This document shows positions 48,689 through 63,473 of a stretch of DNA of 64,000 bases, one piece after another (position 1 is the stretch's first letter; every line of letters begins with the position of its first letter). The notes beneath the pieces are model-generated. The model was not told the origin of the DNA, ran no database searches, and saw nothing but the letters and a program-made list of their open reading frames with translations. The translations under genes were made by a program, and so were the position numbers. Source of the stretch: Isurus oxyrinchus (lineage: Eukaryota); contig JANJGN010000012.1 in NCBI GenBank assembly GCA_026770705.1, forward strand, positions 108,810,001-108,874,000. The letters are read 5' to 3'.

Positions 48689-51600
48689 CTAAAATGAAAA
48701 AAATGTTTTCTAGTGATTAATTTAATTTTATAACAGTGCCATTCCAATGCAATTAATAATCTTCCAATGAGGCAAGATTCATTTTGACATTGTAATAATG
48801 CATTGATCAGAAGGAAAGTTTTGCATTTATATAGCAGTCAAAATTGCAGAGGAAACACATGGAAACTCGAGCTCTCAAATAGACAGAACTTTAATATATC
48901 AAACATCCAAGAATTGATTCCACTTCCATCATTTCCATATGGAATGAAGCTCCAGAAGTTTTTTTTTAAAAAGCAAATTTTCACTTGAGATCAAGGAAAG
49001 TGACTGCAGAAGTAATCATACAGAAGTGAAAACGTGGAACTCCCTACCACAGCAAGTTGTTGAGTAGTATAGATACATTTAAGAGGCAGCCAGATAAGGG
49101 TATGAGGGGGGAAGGAATAGACGATTGTGCTGATAACTGTACGAGGAAGGATGGGAGGGAGCTCAATTGTAGCATCAATGCGGCATGGACTGGCTGGGCC
49201 TAATAAGGAAGTTCAAATATCTGCATGCAGGTGATTCATTGTGGAAGAGGATCTGGTGTCATATCATCATTCAAACATCATCCATTTTATAAGAAAACTG
49301 GTTTATTCTGAAATAAATAGGCCTTTCAAACCACTTTCCAAAATGGAAAGATTTTCTTTCAAACTTCATTTGCAAACTAGATTTTAACTATTGTTGTTTC
49401 AATCCCATTGATACCATTTGGTCATTTCTTAAACTTAGTCTTATTCAAACATTTGATCAGGATTGTTTCTTTGAAACTTTTCACATCATAAATATTACGG
49501 AACCATGGAGGAGGTCATGAGTGCTCCTGTGTTGGATAACCCTAAACTAGCCTCTAAGAATTCCTGTAAGTGTACAAGGGTAGAGGAAATTTGCAGAAAT
49601 GGCTTAGTGGATAAATGCAGCATGTAGCCGGATACAGAAATTTACAGACCAAAATGGGTTCTAGGTTTAATCCCTGTCTCTGAGGATTTAGCTGGTCTCA
49701 AGGGTGACTGGAATACTGATACAATTGGTCTAAGCTGGAGAGAGAAAGGCAAAGGTTAATCAGTAGTTGATCTCCTGAGCATTATTCAGGGATTATTGTT
49801 GGAAAAGTATACACATGTCGAGGGGGTCAAGTTCAGCTACAATGCCACCATAGCCATGATCTTGCCTATGAAGCACTACATGAATCCTACAGCAAGTAGA
49901 ATTGCCCTGTACCTAAGTCACCTTCTTTATGACAGCAGCGAACATTATATGGAAGTTATTGTAGTTTAAGGCTAATCCTAGACAGTCCTTCAGAGAAAAA
50001 GATAGAATGAAACATGGAGTATAATGAAGTTCTTAAAATAGCCATGTACTTAAGACTGGACACATTATGGTCTTGGCTGCCTTGTGTAGTTACCCCAGCT
50101 AAGATATGTTTTCCTAATTAAGGAAACACCTTTATCCCTTGGGGTTTAATGGTGCTGCAGTTTAGCTCAGGTTATTCAACAAATGATCTCACCCTTTTAC
50201 ATTTGGATAATTGAATGCACACAAGGTTAACATTTAACTTGAGAGAAAACACTGAAGCTGTATATGTAGACAAAATACTAGGATTACTTTTTTCTATCAC
50301 CATATGATTTTATGATTCTATTAGCATGCAATATTCCCATTTCAAAGGATGAAATGATTAACAAAAAGATATCGTAACCTATGTTATTAGCATTATATAT
50401 AAATGTTGTGGAAGACATAAGCCAGTACATATTTTAAATCAATACTTACTGAGGTCTCCAGTCACATTTTTCATTTATTAGCACTATCATTTATGGCAGT
50501 AACTTTGTTGCTCAGTAGACAAAATATTAAAGATTTCTTTCTCTTTACTGAAAGCTTATTATAATTAAAAGCTTACAGTTTGCAGTGATTACATAGGGTA
50601 TATGGGACAGAAACAGGCCATTCAGCCCAACCAGTCCTTGCCAGTGTTTATGAAAGACTGCATAATGAAGTCTAGGAAACCATTAGACTGAAGTTAAAAA
50701 TAGTTCTAAATAATAACTTGCATTGAGTTTTATTCAATCCAAATTACAGTGTAACTTTCACAGTTGAATTCCCCAATACAAAGCTTCATGTAAATGGATC
50801 GTAAATATGGAATTTGGCTACAGAGGCCAGAGTAGCTGATTCTCAGCTCACACAATTTTCCATCCATTAATTTCAATAGACAGAAATCATAAAGGACTTG
50901 AATCAGGCATCATGGCCTCCACTTTTAAATTCTTAATGTGTATGCCTGTTGTGCAAATATATATTTGGGGGCACCAAATTGTCAAACCTACCCCAATATT
51001 CTTATATTTCTTGTGAGCAATGGAGAGGAACCTCTAATACATGCATCACATTTGCTCCATTAACCTTTGTGTAAGGTCAGGTTCAATTGCAATCTTGATA
51101 ATTACCATGCTGCAAAAAGTAAGCACACCTACTAGTGAAGAGTATTGAAATCTTGTTCAATAATCGTACATAGTGCTTTAAGTCTTTAAACTATTAAAGT
51201 TTTTAACAAGATATATGCCAATATTCAGACATTTTATGTAATTACAGTACTGCTTATTCCAGCACAAGTTATTATTAGAATCTTCATACAAGCAAATATC
51301 ACAGAGACACTGAACAGAGAAATAAACAGCACAAGAGAATTTAATTTCAAACAAAGCTGTTTGCTGTAAATCTGGGAAAGTACAAAATGTGTGCACAATC
51401 TGACTGTGCAGTATTGGTCATTTTTGTCAAAATAATCGCAATACAAGAGTCAGCAAGATGTCAAGACAGGTTCACAGATTTCATGGTGTTAATGGCTGAA
51501 TAAGTTTGTTATGAGCAAGTGTAGAATTGTACTACAGTTTGTGCAATACAATGAACCATTAACCAGCCAGTCAATGTGCAGTGCTTTAGGGAATTCAAGT

Positions 51601-51699
51601 TTGCATGTAACTATTGGCAGTAGGTTGCTTTTTTTATATATACAAAAGGTTGTGTTTTCCCTCCTTCCTTCCACATAAATTTTCTCCCCTCCAGCAGAC

Positions 51700-53775
51700 A
51701 TTGGGCTAAAAATGAGATAAGGCCTATTGGTGGGCAATAGGATCGCAAATTCACAAAGCACAATTACCCTGGCCCTGATCAAAGTCATGCAGCTGGCATG
51801 CAAACTTCATGCTGCCTTATTATTATTAATCTCCACTATTGCAAAATGCAGTCCAGCACCAAATGTGCTGTTGACTGGCTGCACACTCTGCAGGGGACCC
51901 AGGTTCATGTGAGGCTAGCACTAACTAAAGCTCGCCTGTACATAAAACCAGCCTACAACTATTAAAGGGAGGTGCATCTGGGCAGCAGCAAGTGCTGGAA
52001 GCGGATGGCAGAGGCTTTGTGAATAGGAAAATACATGAGAAATGGTGCAGCAGGAAAGAAAGAAGCCCCAGGTTCTCGATGCAAGACAGGAGATCTTAGT
52101 GCAGGACACGGAAAGCAAGACACAGTGTCTGTCTTTCTGCAGGGGACCAGGAGCCCTCCAGACAAGCACTTCAAAGGGAATGGGAGCAGTTAACCATGGA
52201 GATAAATGCCAGAAGTTTGGTCCTGAAGACCTGGCCAGAAAAAGTTCAATGGCCTCACAAGCGATTAAGAGCAATGAATTCATCTTCAAACGTCAACAAT
52301 ATCCTAACAACTGGACCACCAACCTTACACTGCTCAATAAGCTACACTCCCATCACTGATCCACTAACAACCTCTGGCAAACAGGATTCATGCCTAACAT
52401 GCAAATGCTTCACTTCACCCACTTACCATTGTTACAAGTTCCACACCCATATCTTGCAGCTTTCACATACTAACATCTATGACAGACACATCCTCAAAGC
52501 ACATTCCAACACATGCATGCACTTCCCTGCCTTTTTGCATAACAGGAAGCAGCAACAAAGAACTGATTGAAGACAGGCACAGCTGCATATCCTCACCCCG
52601 CTGGAGGAGACAGTACTCCATATTATTTGCCTACTGTTACAACTGGTGTTGCTGAAGTCATCCAAGATGATGCTGTGTTTCTGCCTTATTCACCCTCCCA
52701 GGTCCCACTTTACCCTCATCCTGCAATCTGTTATGAAGTACAAGCTGCAGATGGTTTAACCATGTACCACATGCTTTCCACCCACCACCCGCCTTATACA
52801 TTTATGCTTTCTGATGCCCGAGACTTGCTGCCTGGCCAGCTAGCGGTGCACAATGATAAAGGGCAAGGAGAAGAGCACACCACTGAGGATGAAGCACTGT
52901 CACTTGATCTGAAACTTGCAGCCACCAGCTCCAATATTTGGTGCCTCACTTAACGGGTAGTATAGAGGCAGGATCTGCATGTGGTGAGTCACTGGGCATG
53001 AGAGGGCTGCAGCAAGGCCAGGGAAAAAGGATAGCATGTGTGCCAGCTCCCCGGAGTGCAAGGCTGCAGGTGAGTCTGCAGCAGAGGACTCAAATGATGG
53101 CTTTGATTGGGGCAGCATACAGGAAAAGGCTGAGCGGCATGCACACCTGATACCTAACCCAGGCCCGCCAGCAACCTTGTTGTCAATGTAGATGGTAGGA
53201 GTCCAGTTCGGACTTGGTTCTGACTTCACACAGAGCTTGGAGTCTGCCCTTTCCTGCATGGAAACTCCATGTTAGAAAAGGCAGACCCAGCTCTGATGCA
53301 GCATGTGGTGACCAATGTCACAGCTTCCATTGCAGCACAGACTGAAGCCATTCAACATCTCAATGCTGCATTGGAAGCTTAGATTGGGGTCATGAGATCT
53401 ACGCTTGATGCCATGCAGACTCGGACTGCTGCCATCATGGCTGCAGATACCAGGAGCTTGGGTCTCTCCAGCAATCTCTGCTCCAACACATTACTTGGAT
53501 TGCTGAGACACCAAGAAGTGGCAGTGATTATGTGGTACGCAACCTCTCATAGGATGACACCATTTGTACACCCACAACTGCCATTCCACCAGTGCTGTTG
53601 TCCATATATCAAAGTGCTGTAGCTTGAAGCCAGAACCTCAAGGCCCAGTGCTGCTCAAGCATTCTGCAAGACCACCTGCAGTCTCCTTCACTGAGTGTCA
53701 GCAGCCTTCCAGATGCCATGCTGTAGTTGGGGCACTGGACAGACAAATGCACCTGCAAGACACAAAGGGATGAAT
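51700..53775 (+). mobile_element. Highly degenerate Harbinger Myb/SANT-type relic
   Basis: agccccaggttctcgatgc resembles the APRFSD start at 23035-23055; GC-richer block like other Myb relics; boundaries uncertain. Confidence 0.4.
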
Positions 53776-55467
53776 TCATCCTGAGAATATGGCCACTTGT
53801 GTGGACAGAAATACCTTCTAACACAACAAAAGAAACCTAACAGAAACTCAATTTGTATGGGGCAAAATCTGAACTTGAAATTTCATGATCTTTTGCACTG
53901 GTTTGGTGAATCTCAGGGGAATTGTGCAGAAAAAACCCTCAACCTAGCAGAAACTCCAAGCCAATACACATAGAAACAGAAACACTTCCAATACTTGTTT
54001 ATGTGAGTGTGCTGTACATTTCGCTGTTCTATTATTTGGGTGTAGTCGAGCTAGAAATTAGATGGTTAAAAACGGTTCAGAAAATGTTCACATGAAAAAA
54101 CTGAACTCACAAAAATAAACAATTTATGACTGTATATAACAAACACTGCAAGAGTCACTCCCAGGATCCTAATCCTCGGGTGCAATCCTCTGATGGACAC
54201 TCTACACTTCAAATACATTTACAAAGTGTAGTCACACAATCAAGTCTATAACTAAATTAAAGAATGAGGACTGCAATAAATTCTCTGCATAAATGTAAGG
54301 TTCATACCTCACCACTGACCTCTTAAAAATCAGATTAACATATAAAGCAATTTGCTTTAATTGGGCCCTCTTCCATTGATCTTGTTCAAATATTACATCC
54401 TAATTAACCAATCAACATAGGTGGCAGTTTGAAAGAGCAACAAGGACCAAGCACGTGAGGAAGCTGAATTAGTATTAGCAGAGATAGACTCAAGAGAGCT
54501 TTAGCATTACCAGTACAAGGAAATTTAGTTCCTTTAAGCAGTCTTGAACTTACACATGGAATACTATAACAAAATGATTAACATATTGAAATAATTCCTT
54601 CTTGTTGCTTTTTTAAGGGGGCTACTTTTAGGTGACTTGACACTATCCCAGTGATTACAGTTTAAACTGAACTATTGGAAAAGATGATGCTCCTCTGATG
54701 TCCCAGTGTGTCAGTGAACTAGTTGTTATGGGTACTGAGGTATTCTTAGCAGACAGTACAGTCAGTACCCGGTATATGCTGTGAGGTTGGGGAGTCGGAC
54801 AGGGAAAGATGAGTCCTAAAATTGTGTCAGCCTTTACAGTTTAGAAAAGGGTTTCTATTTCTAATCACTATCTAGTGATCCATGCTAGAAAATCAGGCTT
54901 AAATATGTTGGTAAAATTATTGCCTAGGCTCAGATGTGACCACTCAGGCAAGGAGACATAGACCACGGCCATCAGGGAAATACATCTTCAAGAAAGGAAA
55001 AATTGTATAGAGAAACAAGAGGATATTATATCAATTATAATTCTTTGTAATAATTTATTTTTTGAAAGATCTTATAATATTTTCATCTTTATTGCACTTT
55101 CTTCAAATATTTTGAATAAATTTATATTTTTTAGTATAATTAGTGAAATTGCTATAGGTTTGCAACTAAACTAAAATGTTCTTCATTATTTAGCAAGTCA
55201 TTCTAATTCTATTTTTAAAATTATTAATAATTAATACAGATGAAAATTCACATTCATTATTCACTTGTCAGCCACAGTAGTATTTTAAGTCTTGAGAGCT
55301 GAAGAACAAAATACAAACTGTGCCATTATAGAAGGACTAGCTATGACAGAAGTAGTATTCAATAACCTTGGGCAGAATTACAGGGCAATAAGAGAAGTTA
55401 TGCATTAAGGTGTGCTAAAGGCCATCAAAAGATCAATGGAAGGCTAATACTAATATTGGGAGAGATA

Positions 55468-55963
55468 CTTGCCTGGATGAGTGCAGCGCCAACAACACTC
55501 AAGAAGCTTGGCATCATCCAGGACAAAGCTGTCCATTTGATTGGCACCCCTTCCATAAACATTCACCCCCTCCACTACCAACGATCAGTGGCAGCACTGT
55601 GTACCATCTACAAAATGCACTGCAGAAACTCACCAAGGCTCCTTAGGCAGCACCTTCCAAATCCACGACTTCTACCATTTGGAAGGACACGGGCAGTAGG
55701 TACATGGGAATACCGCCACCTGGCAGTTGCCCTCCAAGCCACTCAGCATCCTGACTTGGAAATAAATTGTTGTTCCTTCACTGTCGCTGGGTCAAAATCC
55801 TGGAACTCCCTTCCTAACAGCACTGTGGGTGTACTTATACCACAAGGGCTGCAGCAGCTCAAGAAGGTAGCTCACCACCACCTTGTCAAAGGCAATTAGG
55901 GGTTGGCAATAAAAGTTGGCCTAACCACAACACCCACATCCCGTAAATGAATTTAAAAAAAAA
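55468..55963 (+). mobile_element. LINE family B 3' fragment
   Basis: ORF 55456-55899 LAWMSAAPTTLKKL...SWNSLPNSTVG...HHHLVKGN plus poly-A tail. Confidence 0.88.
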
Positions 55964-56731
55964 TATTTACGAGATGACTGTCAGGTCTCCAGCAGTAATC
56001 CTGTGGTTTCAATTTTCCTCATATGGACTGAAGTGGAAGAAAAAGAAAGAATTGCAGTTATATAACCTTTCATGACATCAGGTGTCCCAATGTCCTTTAC
56101 AGCCAATGAAGTGTAGTACTGCAATGTACAGAATTTAGGATAAAAGGGTCATATTTATAAATTAAGGACAACAAAAGACAAAATGAAGTAATGGAGGACC
56201 AATTTTCGAAAAGGGTGTTAAGTATATGAAACAGATTACTGGCACAGATGACACAGAAACCTTAATGGATTTCCAGAAAAAGCTAAATAGTTCTTGTTAA
56301 GAAATGGGTTCAGGTTATTAGCAATACATAAAGAGCTTCTCCTGATAAGACTGTTACTATCTTACTATGTTCATATTTCCTAGCATTTTATATGAATGAC
56401 ACATACACAGAGCAACACAAGATCAATATTCAGTTTTTCATTACTCTATTAATTCTGTTTTTTATTACTCTATTAATTATGTTGCATCATTATACTTAGA
56501 TTTATTTACTTGAAATCCTTGGCCACTTGATCCAAAGTTTTCCATTATTCCTTCCACTGATTAGGATTAGGAAGCTTGCTGGGTGGGAGCTGACTTGATC
56601 AATGACATTCAACCCAAATTCACTCTCCATTAGATTTATCAGTCTTAATGATACAGCTGAGAAGGGATTTAGTCCTTTTTCATTATGGAATTAAAGACAT
56701 ATGGTGTAAATGGACTGTGACAGTAACATAC

Positions 56732-56910
56732 CATGATGAATGATGTTATGATCCATTAACTTTTGCATTAGTTTTATGGCTGTCTCCCTGTCAGGTGCCT
56801 CTTTATGGTCTATCAACCAATCAATTAGCTCTTTAGCAACAAAGCAGTTTGGATAGGTTCGCAGATTATAGCGACGGTCTTTGATTAATTTTCCATCATG
56901 CAGTCGGAGC
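56732..56910 (-). CDS. DEPTOR: DEPTOR exon, DEP1 N-part (179 bp)
   Basis: (R)LRLHDGKLIKDRRYNLRTYPNCFVAKELIDWLIDHKEAPDRETAIKLMQKLMDHNIIHH; atcag acceptor, gtatgt donor; phase 2-1. Confidence 0.95.
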
Positions 56911-57916
56911 CTGATAAATAAAACAAAGCTATATTACAATTTTCATCAACAAAATATTTCTTTGTTAAACAACTAATTTTTCAAAAGCTCCATTTGCAAA
57001 TGCCAGTCAAATTCTGTTCAACAATTTTAAATTCAAACTCAAACCAGTCATGGTCCTCCTACATGTAGTAGGCCAAAGTTATCAAAAATAATTAGAGTAA
57101 CTGCTGTGGAGTTTCATCAAAAAGAAATCAGATAACCTGCTTGGATTGAGTTATTGAAGAGCAAGTCAGAGAAAAAAATATAATTTCAAATTTGTGACAG
57201 ATCTCAGAATTGGCCTCCAAACAACCAAAAGAATCCTGCAACTCTAAAATAGCCAATGTAAATCTATCAGTTCAATATTTCGTTACATTGTCAATTTTTG
57301 AAAAGCTTTACTTAAACAGTGAAGACTAACGGGGTAATGGCTTGGAAAAGTTAATAGGATAGATTTTCCAAAACAGTGCAGTTTGAAGGTGCAAAGTTCA
57401 CCAAAAGTGACGTGTGCTGATTGCACACAATATTTGTGGCCCACTTATCATAATTGTGCATAGCTCCAAGCGTGGATTTGGCTATGTCCGAGGAACAAGC
57501 AAGCGGGGGAAGAAAATTGCACGTCAGGAAAATTTAAAGTAGGCAATTAAAGAGCAGTGGCAGAATAGAGGACAGAATTCGTGCGGCTTCAGAAAAGACT
57601 CAAAAGGCTTTGCAATCTATCTGCCAAGAGTGAAGGAAAAAGAAGGAATTAAGAAGTGAAAGGAAAAAAAAAAGAAAAAGGAAACCCAGCAGGCTTGAAT
57701 GAATTTACATGAAAGTGAAGAAGCAGCCTAACACATAACTCCTTGCCTGAAGTTTCTGCCAATGCATTTATCACCACACGTTTATTTCGCATAATTATAA
57801 TCTGCGAACATGATACAGGTTTCAAGTGCATTGTTAAAACAAAGTAATCCCTTTAATCTGGACCTCTGCTCACTGTGGAACACTAGAAAATTAACTAATT
57901 AACCAATGGGTGACAA

Positions 57917-58000
57917 AGTTCTGATGAAAGGTGCGGAAAAAAATTTAACCTTCCCTTTCTCTCCACAAATCTTGCGTTTCCAGCATTTTTTGTGTTTATT
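57917..58000 (+). mobile_element. Decayed PLE tail with hammerhead remnant
   Basis: agtt-CTGATGA-aaggt...gaaa...ttaac then tttctctccaca...tttccagcatttt, like the other PLE tails. Confidence 0.45.
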
Positions 58001-58399
58001 GCCAACAATGTAGGGAATGATAGATAGAAAAGTCTATACAGGCTCTTCAGGACACTGCTCAGAACAGCCTTGTATAAACAGGCTTGTCCTAGTACAGAGA
58101 AGGTAATGTTATTTTACACAACAGTAATGAAACAGGAATCGAGGTATAACCATTGCAAACTGGTAATATCTTGCACAATGTATACTTCATCTGGATTTGA
58201 AATATCCTGCCCCCTATTAATTCTATTTGGACTTAGCCCATTTTAATTGGGCAGAAAAGCTGGCAGATAAAAGGGCAGCCCAGAAAATAGGTACAGCCCA
58301 AAAACATTTTAACCAAGTATAAGGAAGTTGCAGAAACAGCCAGAGTTTCCTGAATGAAGAAGATTAGGACAACTATGAAGTTTTAAAAGGTGGCCTCCA

Positions 58400-60900
58400 G
58401 TAAAAGAAAGGCTAAAAGTAAAGAAGTAAACAGGAAGCAATCTCAAAAGATGAGAAACAAACAAATAGGGAAATAGGAAAGATTAAATAGAGAGTGTGAT
58501 AAAAGAATAGATGTTTATATTAAGGACAAAGGCAAGAACTTTGTCAAAGAATAGGTAAGACCACTGAAGGAAAGAAGGCACCCTGATTGTACAGGCTGAA
58601 AGAACAGCAGAATTATTTAACTTGCATTTTATTTCTGTCTTTACAAAGAGAGTAAAGGAAGGATGGCAGCAATAAAGGAGGAGACAGGAATAAATGGTAA
58701 ATCGAAATATTAACAAAGTGGCATTCAAAGGGTCAATGGACTTTAAAGTTGATACGTCAAACAGCCTGGATAGTCTATTCCAAAATACTGAAGATTAGTT
58801 ACTAAATATAGTCGGAGCACTAACAATTATTACCTCAAGTTATTTGGAAACAAGCACAGAACCAAAAGGACTGAGCACTGAGGCAAATGTTCTCCTATTA
58901 AAATAAGGAGAAATAAATAAGCCACATAACCATGGACCAGTTAACCTCGAACTGGTAAGTAGGGAATCTGCCAGTGATCATAATAAGGGAAATATGGGTG
59001 AATACTTCGAAAGGTGTAGGTTCATAATGGACAGTTACATGGGTTTATAAAGCACAGATCATGCCATAAAACATTCTTTTCAGGAAAATTACTGAGCAGA
59101 TAAATAAATGAAATGGACGTAATATGCTTAAACTTCCAGGGGGCATTTGATGAAGTGCCATTCGAGAAATTTATCAAGGAGATTAATTAAAAGTATTAAA
59201 AGAAAGTATTAAAAGTAAAGTGTCAGCATGCACAAAGGAGTAGCTAAAAGAAAGAAGGGAGTAAGCAACAAAAAGATGATACTTGGATTGGTCAGATGTG
59301 ACTGTGATCTGACTGAAGAATGTGTGTCGGGACTTCTTGTTCTTTATCTATTTTATAAATTGAAAATCCTTTATCTGAGCACACCTGTACCAACAAAACC
59401 TTACTTCCTGCTGTCAACATCCCCCTCCTCAATACAAATTCCTATCTCTACATTAATAATGTAATAAGCTGTAATTATAACCTCCTGTCAATGGTGGTGC
59501 TGTAGCACCTGAAATTAATGTTTCTCACCTCCTCAACCTGCACTACAGAAGAACTTGCATGTTGCAACCAACACTACTTCTCTGCCTCCCAGATTTTACT
59601 ATATAATTATAAATGATCATACTGGGGTATTCAAAATGATAGAATGTATAACTTTAAAAAAAGTACAGAGTTGCATCTGCACACCTTAGTCCTCTAACCC
59701 CTGCTTCACCTTAGGACGATATTTGGTCTCAAATTCACAAATACAATGGTGGAGGAGGAAAAATACAGTATGCTGAACTGATACTGGACACAGATATTGA
59801 GGATATCAAATTTGCTGACAGCACCAAACTACAGAGAATGGCAAACTATCAGCTGGAATGTGAGGTAGAACAGTGTCATAGACAGGTTAGGGGAAAAGCT
59901 AGATTTGCGACAAATGCAGATCAACGTAGATGACTGCAAAGTAATAGCTTAGAAAAAAAAACAAAGAATGGAAACATATTGTAAATGGCAGAATTCTCAA
60001 TGTAGTGGAACAACTGAAAGATCTTTAAAACTAGAATAACATAGAAATGGAAAAGAGCTTGTAAATTTTATGTATGTGTGTTACAGAAGCAGGAGGTGAG
60101 TAATTTCAACAAGACTTTGATTAGTACACAATTTGAAGTACTGTTTAGTTCCACATTCCCAGATTTAAATGGGTTATTGCCAGAAATAGTTTCTTTATTC
60201 TTTCATGGGATGTGGGTGTCACTGCCAGCATTTGTTGCCCATCCCTACTTCCCCTTAAACTGATTGGCTTGCTAGGCCTTTTCAGAGGGCAGTTAAGAGT
60301 CAACCACATTGCTGTTGATTTGGAGTCACATGTTGGCCAGACCAGGTAAGGACAGCAAATTTCCTTCCCTAAAGGAATTAGTGAACCAGATGGGTTTTTA
60401 CAACAATTGACAATGGTTTCATGGTTGCTTTTACTGAGACTAGCTTTATATTCCAGATTGATTTATTTATACTGGGTATAGTTATCAGGAAAGGTTTAAA
60501 AAATAAAGTTGTATACAGTGAGGATCAATGGGAATCTGAAAAGTGTTCAAATTTTGAAAAATATTGAGAGGGTAATTGGTAAAAGATTATTTCCACAGAT
60601 CAGTGAATCAGTAACAAATTGAGGATTAATACTAGAAACATGGATGGGCATGAAGGATATTTTTTTCCCACACAAAAGGTTTATTAGTGTACAGAATGCA
60701 TTAACACTAGTAGATATTGAAGCTAAATCAACCTGGAAGTTTAAAGGGGTCTAAATAAACACGAAGAAGAAAAATATTAAAAGTTACAAGGGAAGAAATT
60801 AAGAAAATACAATTAAAATAGATAGCTCGAATGAGGGGGTAGTATTTTCACAAATAGATTGAACTAAATGACCTCTTTTAGAGTTGAAGTTTCTATGGTA
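58400..60900 (+). mobile_element. Old, heavily decayed CR1 LINE
   Basis: Residual motifs gaattatttaacttgcattttatttctgtctttac, cttccagggggcatttgatgaagtgcc, aaatttgctgacagcaccaaact (KFAD-TKL). Confidence 0.6.
60195..60465 (-). mobile_element. tRNA-SINE (family B partner), 3' part
   Basis: Reverse complement of the body and tail of 46420-46760. Confidence 0.75.
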
Positions 60901-61914
60901 TCACTGATCTTGTCATTGTATCATCTTATGAATAAATAGAGCCTTCTATGAACTTTACCAAAGCAACGTCATTCTTTTCACTTCAATATCATGGAAATGC
61001 AAATGTGTCAACTCATCCACATGGTTATTATTTTCACTGGCTAAAAGACAGATTGGAACCTGATGCTTTCATCTGCACAGTGTTTGGTTAATAACAACAT
61101 AAACCATGGTAGTCCATAATGTTTTTGTTTAACAGCACAGTTCAATAGGACCCATTACCCCCTTCTCAATGTAACTGGGGATGAGCTTTACTGGCATCAT
61201 CCACATACCAAGGACAAATAAAATAAAATTCTAGCTGACTTAAAGCTCATGATTGTGCTTCACCTTTTCTAGGTGTGTTCCCTGTGGAATGATCTTTGCC
61301 AGAAATGAGTGTTCCTTGGGTAGAGGGTAAGTAGATGATGTGGAAGAGAAATCCAAGATGGAATAGTTATATATGGATTCCAGACAAAGTAAACTTATGA
61401 ATTGCATGCTCTTTCTTCACTGAATTATTTCACATTCTTATACATTCCTAGCCTGGTATCATATTCACCATAAATATTCCTAGTTACAACCTATTTGTAA
61501 AATGTCTACAACTATCAAAAGTTGCTAAGGCCCCATAATTATTGATTATAAGTCCTGCATTATTCTTACCATTCCCTTTTGTAAATACTAATTAAAAAGA
61601 AATTATCAAAATTTATCCTTTGGCTTCCTACATTAGTTTAATCTTTGGATCGTTTTACGAATTTGTTTGTTCTTGTATATTGGTACAACACCACATTTAA
61701 AAAAAAAACTGCTGCATCAATAAATAGCAAACAAGCCAGTACAATGGCACTATAGAACACCAATGTCATAATGCCAGCTTCTCCTCCTGGCCAGCTATCT
61801 TCAGCAGCTGGATGTTGTCACTATCAGAAACAATTTGAGTTCTTCCAAAAATAATGGGATTAAGTTTGAAAAGCTTTGTTATCAGTGTGATGTCTTCTAG
61901 CAACAAGCATCAGT

Positions 61915-62590
61915 TGTAGAAACATAGAAACATCGAAACTAGGAGCAGGAGTAGGCCATTCAGCCCTTCAAGCCTACTCTGCCATTCATCATAATCATGG
62001 CTGATCATCCAACTCAATAGCCTGCTCCCACTTTCTCCCCATGTCCTTTGATCCCTTTCACCCCAAGGGCTATATCTAACTCCTTCTTGAAAACATACAA
62101 CATTTTGGCCTCTACTACTTTCTGTGGTAATGAATTCCACAGGCTCAACACTCTCTGGGTAAAGAAATTTCTCATCACAGTCCTAAATGGACTACTCTGT
62201 ATCCTCAGACTGTGATCCCTGGTTCTAGACCTCCCCACCATTGGGTACATCCTTCCTGCATCTACCCTGTATAGTCCTGTTAGAATTTTATAGGTTTCTA
62301 TGAGATCCTCCCTCATTCTTCTGAACTCCAGTGAATATAATCCTAACTGACTCAATCTCTCCTCATATGTCAGTCCCGTCATCCCAGGAATCAGTCTGGT
62401 AAATCTTCGCTGCATTCCCTCTATAGCAAGAACATCCTTCCTCAGATAAGGAGACCAAAACTGCACACAATATTCCAGGTGTGGTCTCACAATCACTGGT
62501 TCCCCCTCATCAACTCTACTAGTTACATCCTCAAAAAATTCCAGTAGATTTGTCAAGCATGATTTCCCTTTTGTAAATCCATGCAGACTC
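61915..62590 (-). mobile_element. CR1 LINE with an internal deletion
   Basis: ORF 62014-62556 TNLLEFFEDVTSRVDEGEPV|IVRPHLEYCVQFWSP; TTTCTATG-type tail repeats at 61915-61940. Confidence 0.9.
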
Positions 62591-62904
62591 TGCTAAATAA
62601 GAGCTACAACACTATAACCCAATTTCCCACCCATTTCCACAGCCAGCAAGGCTTCATCTGGCACTAGGACTTTGCAAAATGACCATACATATATGCAAGT
62701 CCAGCATATTTTAGACACTTTGTTATAGATGCAAAACAATCTTTTTTAAAAAAAGTCAGTCAGTATCTCCTGCTAGAGAAACAGTTAGCCTTTAAGTTAT
62801 CTCAAGACATGCCCAATGCAGCAATTAGGCTATGTTCCAATGGTTATATACAGCTGTACCATGGTAACAGCATGATGCTCCTATCTTTATAAAACAGTGT
62901 ATTA

Positions 62905-63466
62905 AGAACAACAACTTGTATTTTTTTAGCACCTTTAATATAGTAAAATGTCAAAAGACTTTTCACAAGGAGCATTATCAAATGAAATTTAACACTAATG
63001 GAGATATTAAGACAGATGACTAAAAGCTTGGTAAAAGTGATAGGTTTTAAGAGCCATCTTAAAGGAGGAGAGGTAGGGAGGTATAGAGAGGGAATTCATG
63101 AGCTTAAGGCCTAGGCAACTGAAGGCACACCAGTGGTAGAATGATTAAAATCAGGGATGCACAAGAGGCCAGAATGGGAGAAGTGCAGAGACCTTAGAAG
63201 ATGGTAGGGCTGGAGGAGGTAACAGAATTAGAGAAGGGTGAGGTCATTGATGGATTTGAAAAAGCTGGGAATTATAAAATGTAGGTCAGCAAGCACATGG
63301 GCAATGGTTGAAAAAGTCTTGGACACAGCTAGTAGAGTTTTGTACAAGCTTGAGTTTATGAAGTGTGGGAAATAGGACGCTCACCAGGAGAGCTTTGGAA
63401 TAGTCAAGTTTAGAAATAACAGAGGAATGGGTGAGTGTTTCAGCAGATGAGCTGCAGCAAGGGCCA
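62905..63466 (-). mobile_element. L2-clade LINE 3' fragment
   Basis: AETLTHSSVISKLDYSKALL...LHKLKLVQNS resembles the L2 motif LVHAFVTSRLDYCN...LQLVQN. Confidence 0.75.
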
Positions 63467-63473
63467 AGTTGAT

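Noticed and set aside
55456-55899. 147-aa ORF as a host gene
   Set aside because: It is the C-terminus of a LINE family B ORF repeated several times in the window
56431-56483. Short tandem duplication (ttactctattaatt twice)
   Set aside because: Ordinary slippage in AT-rich intron with no functional evidence
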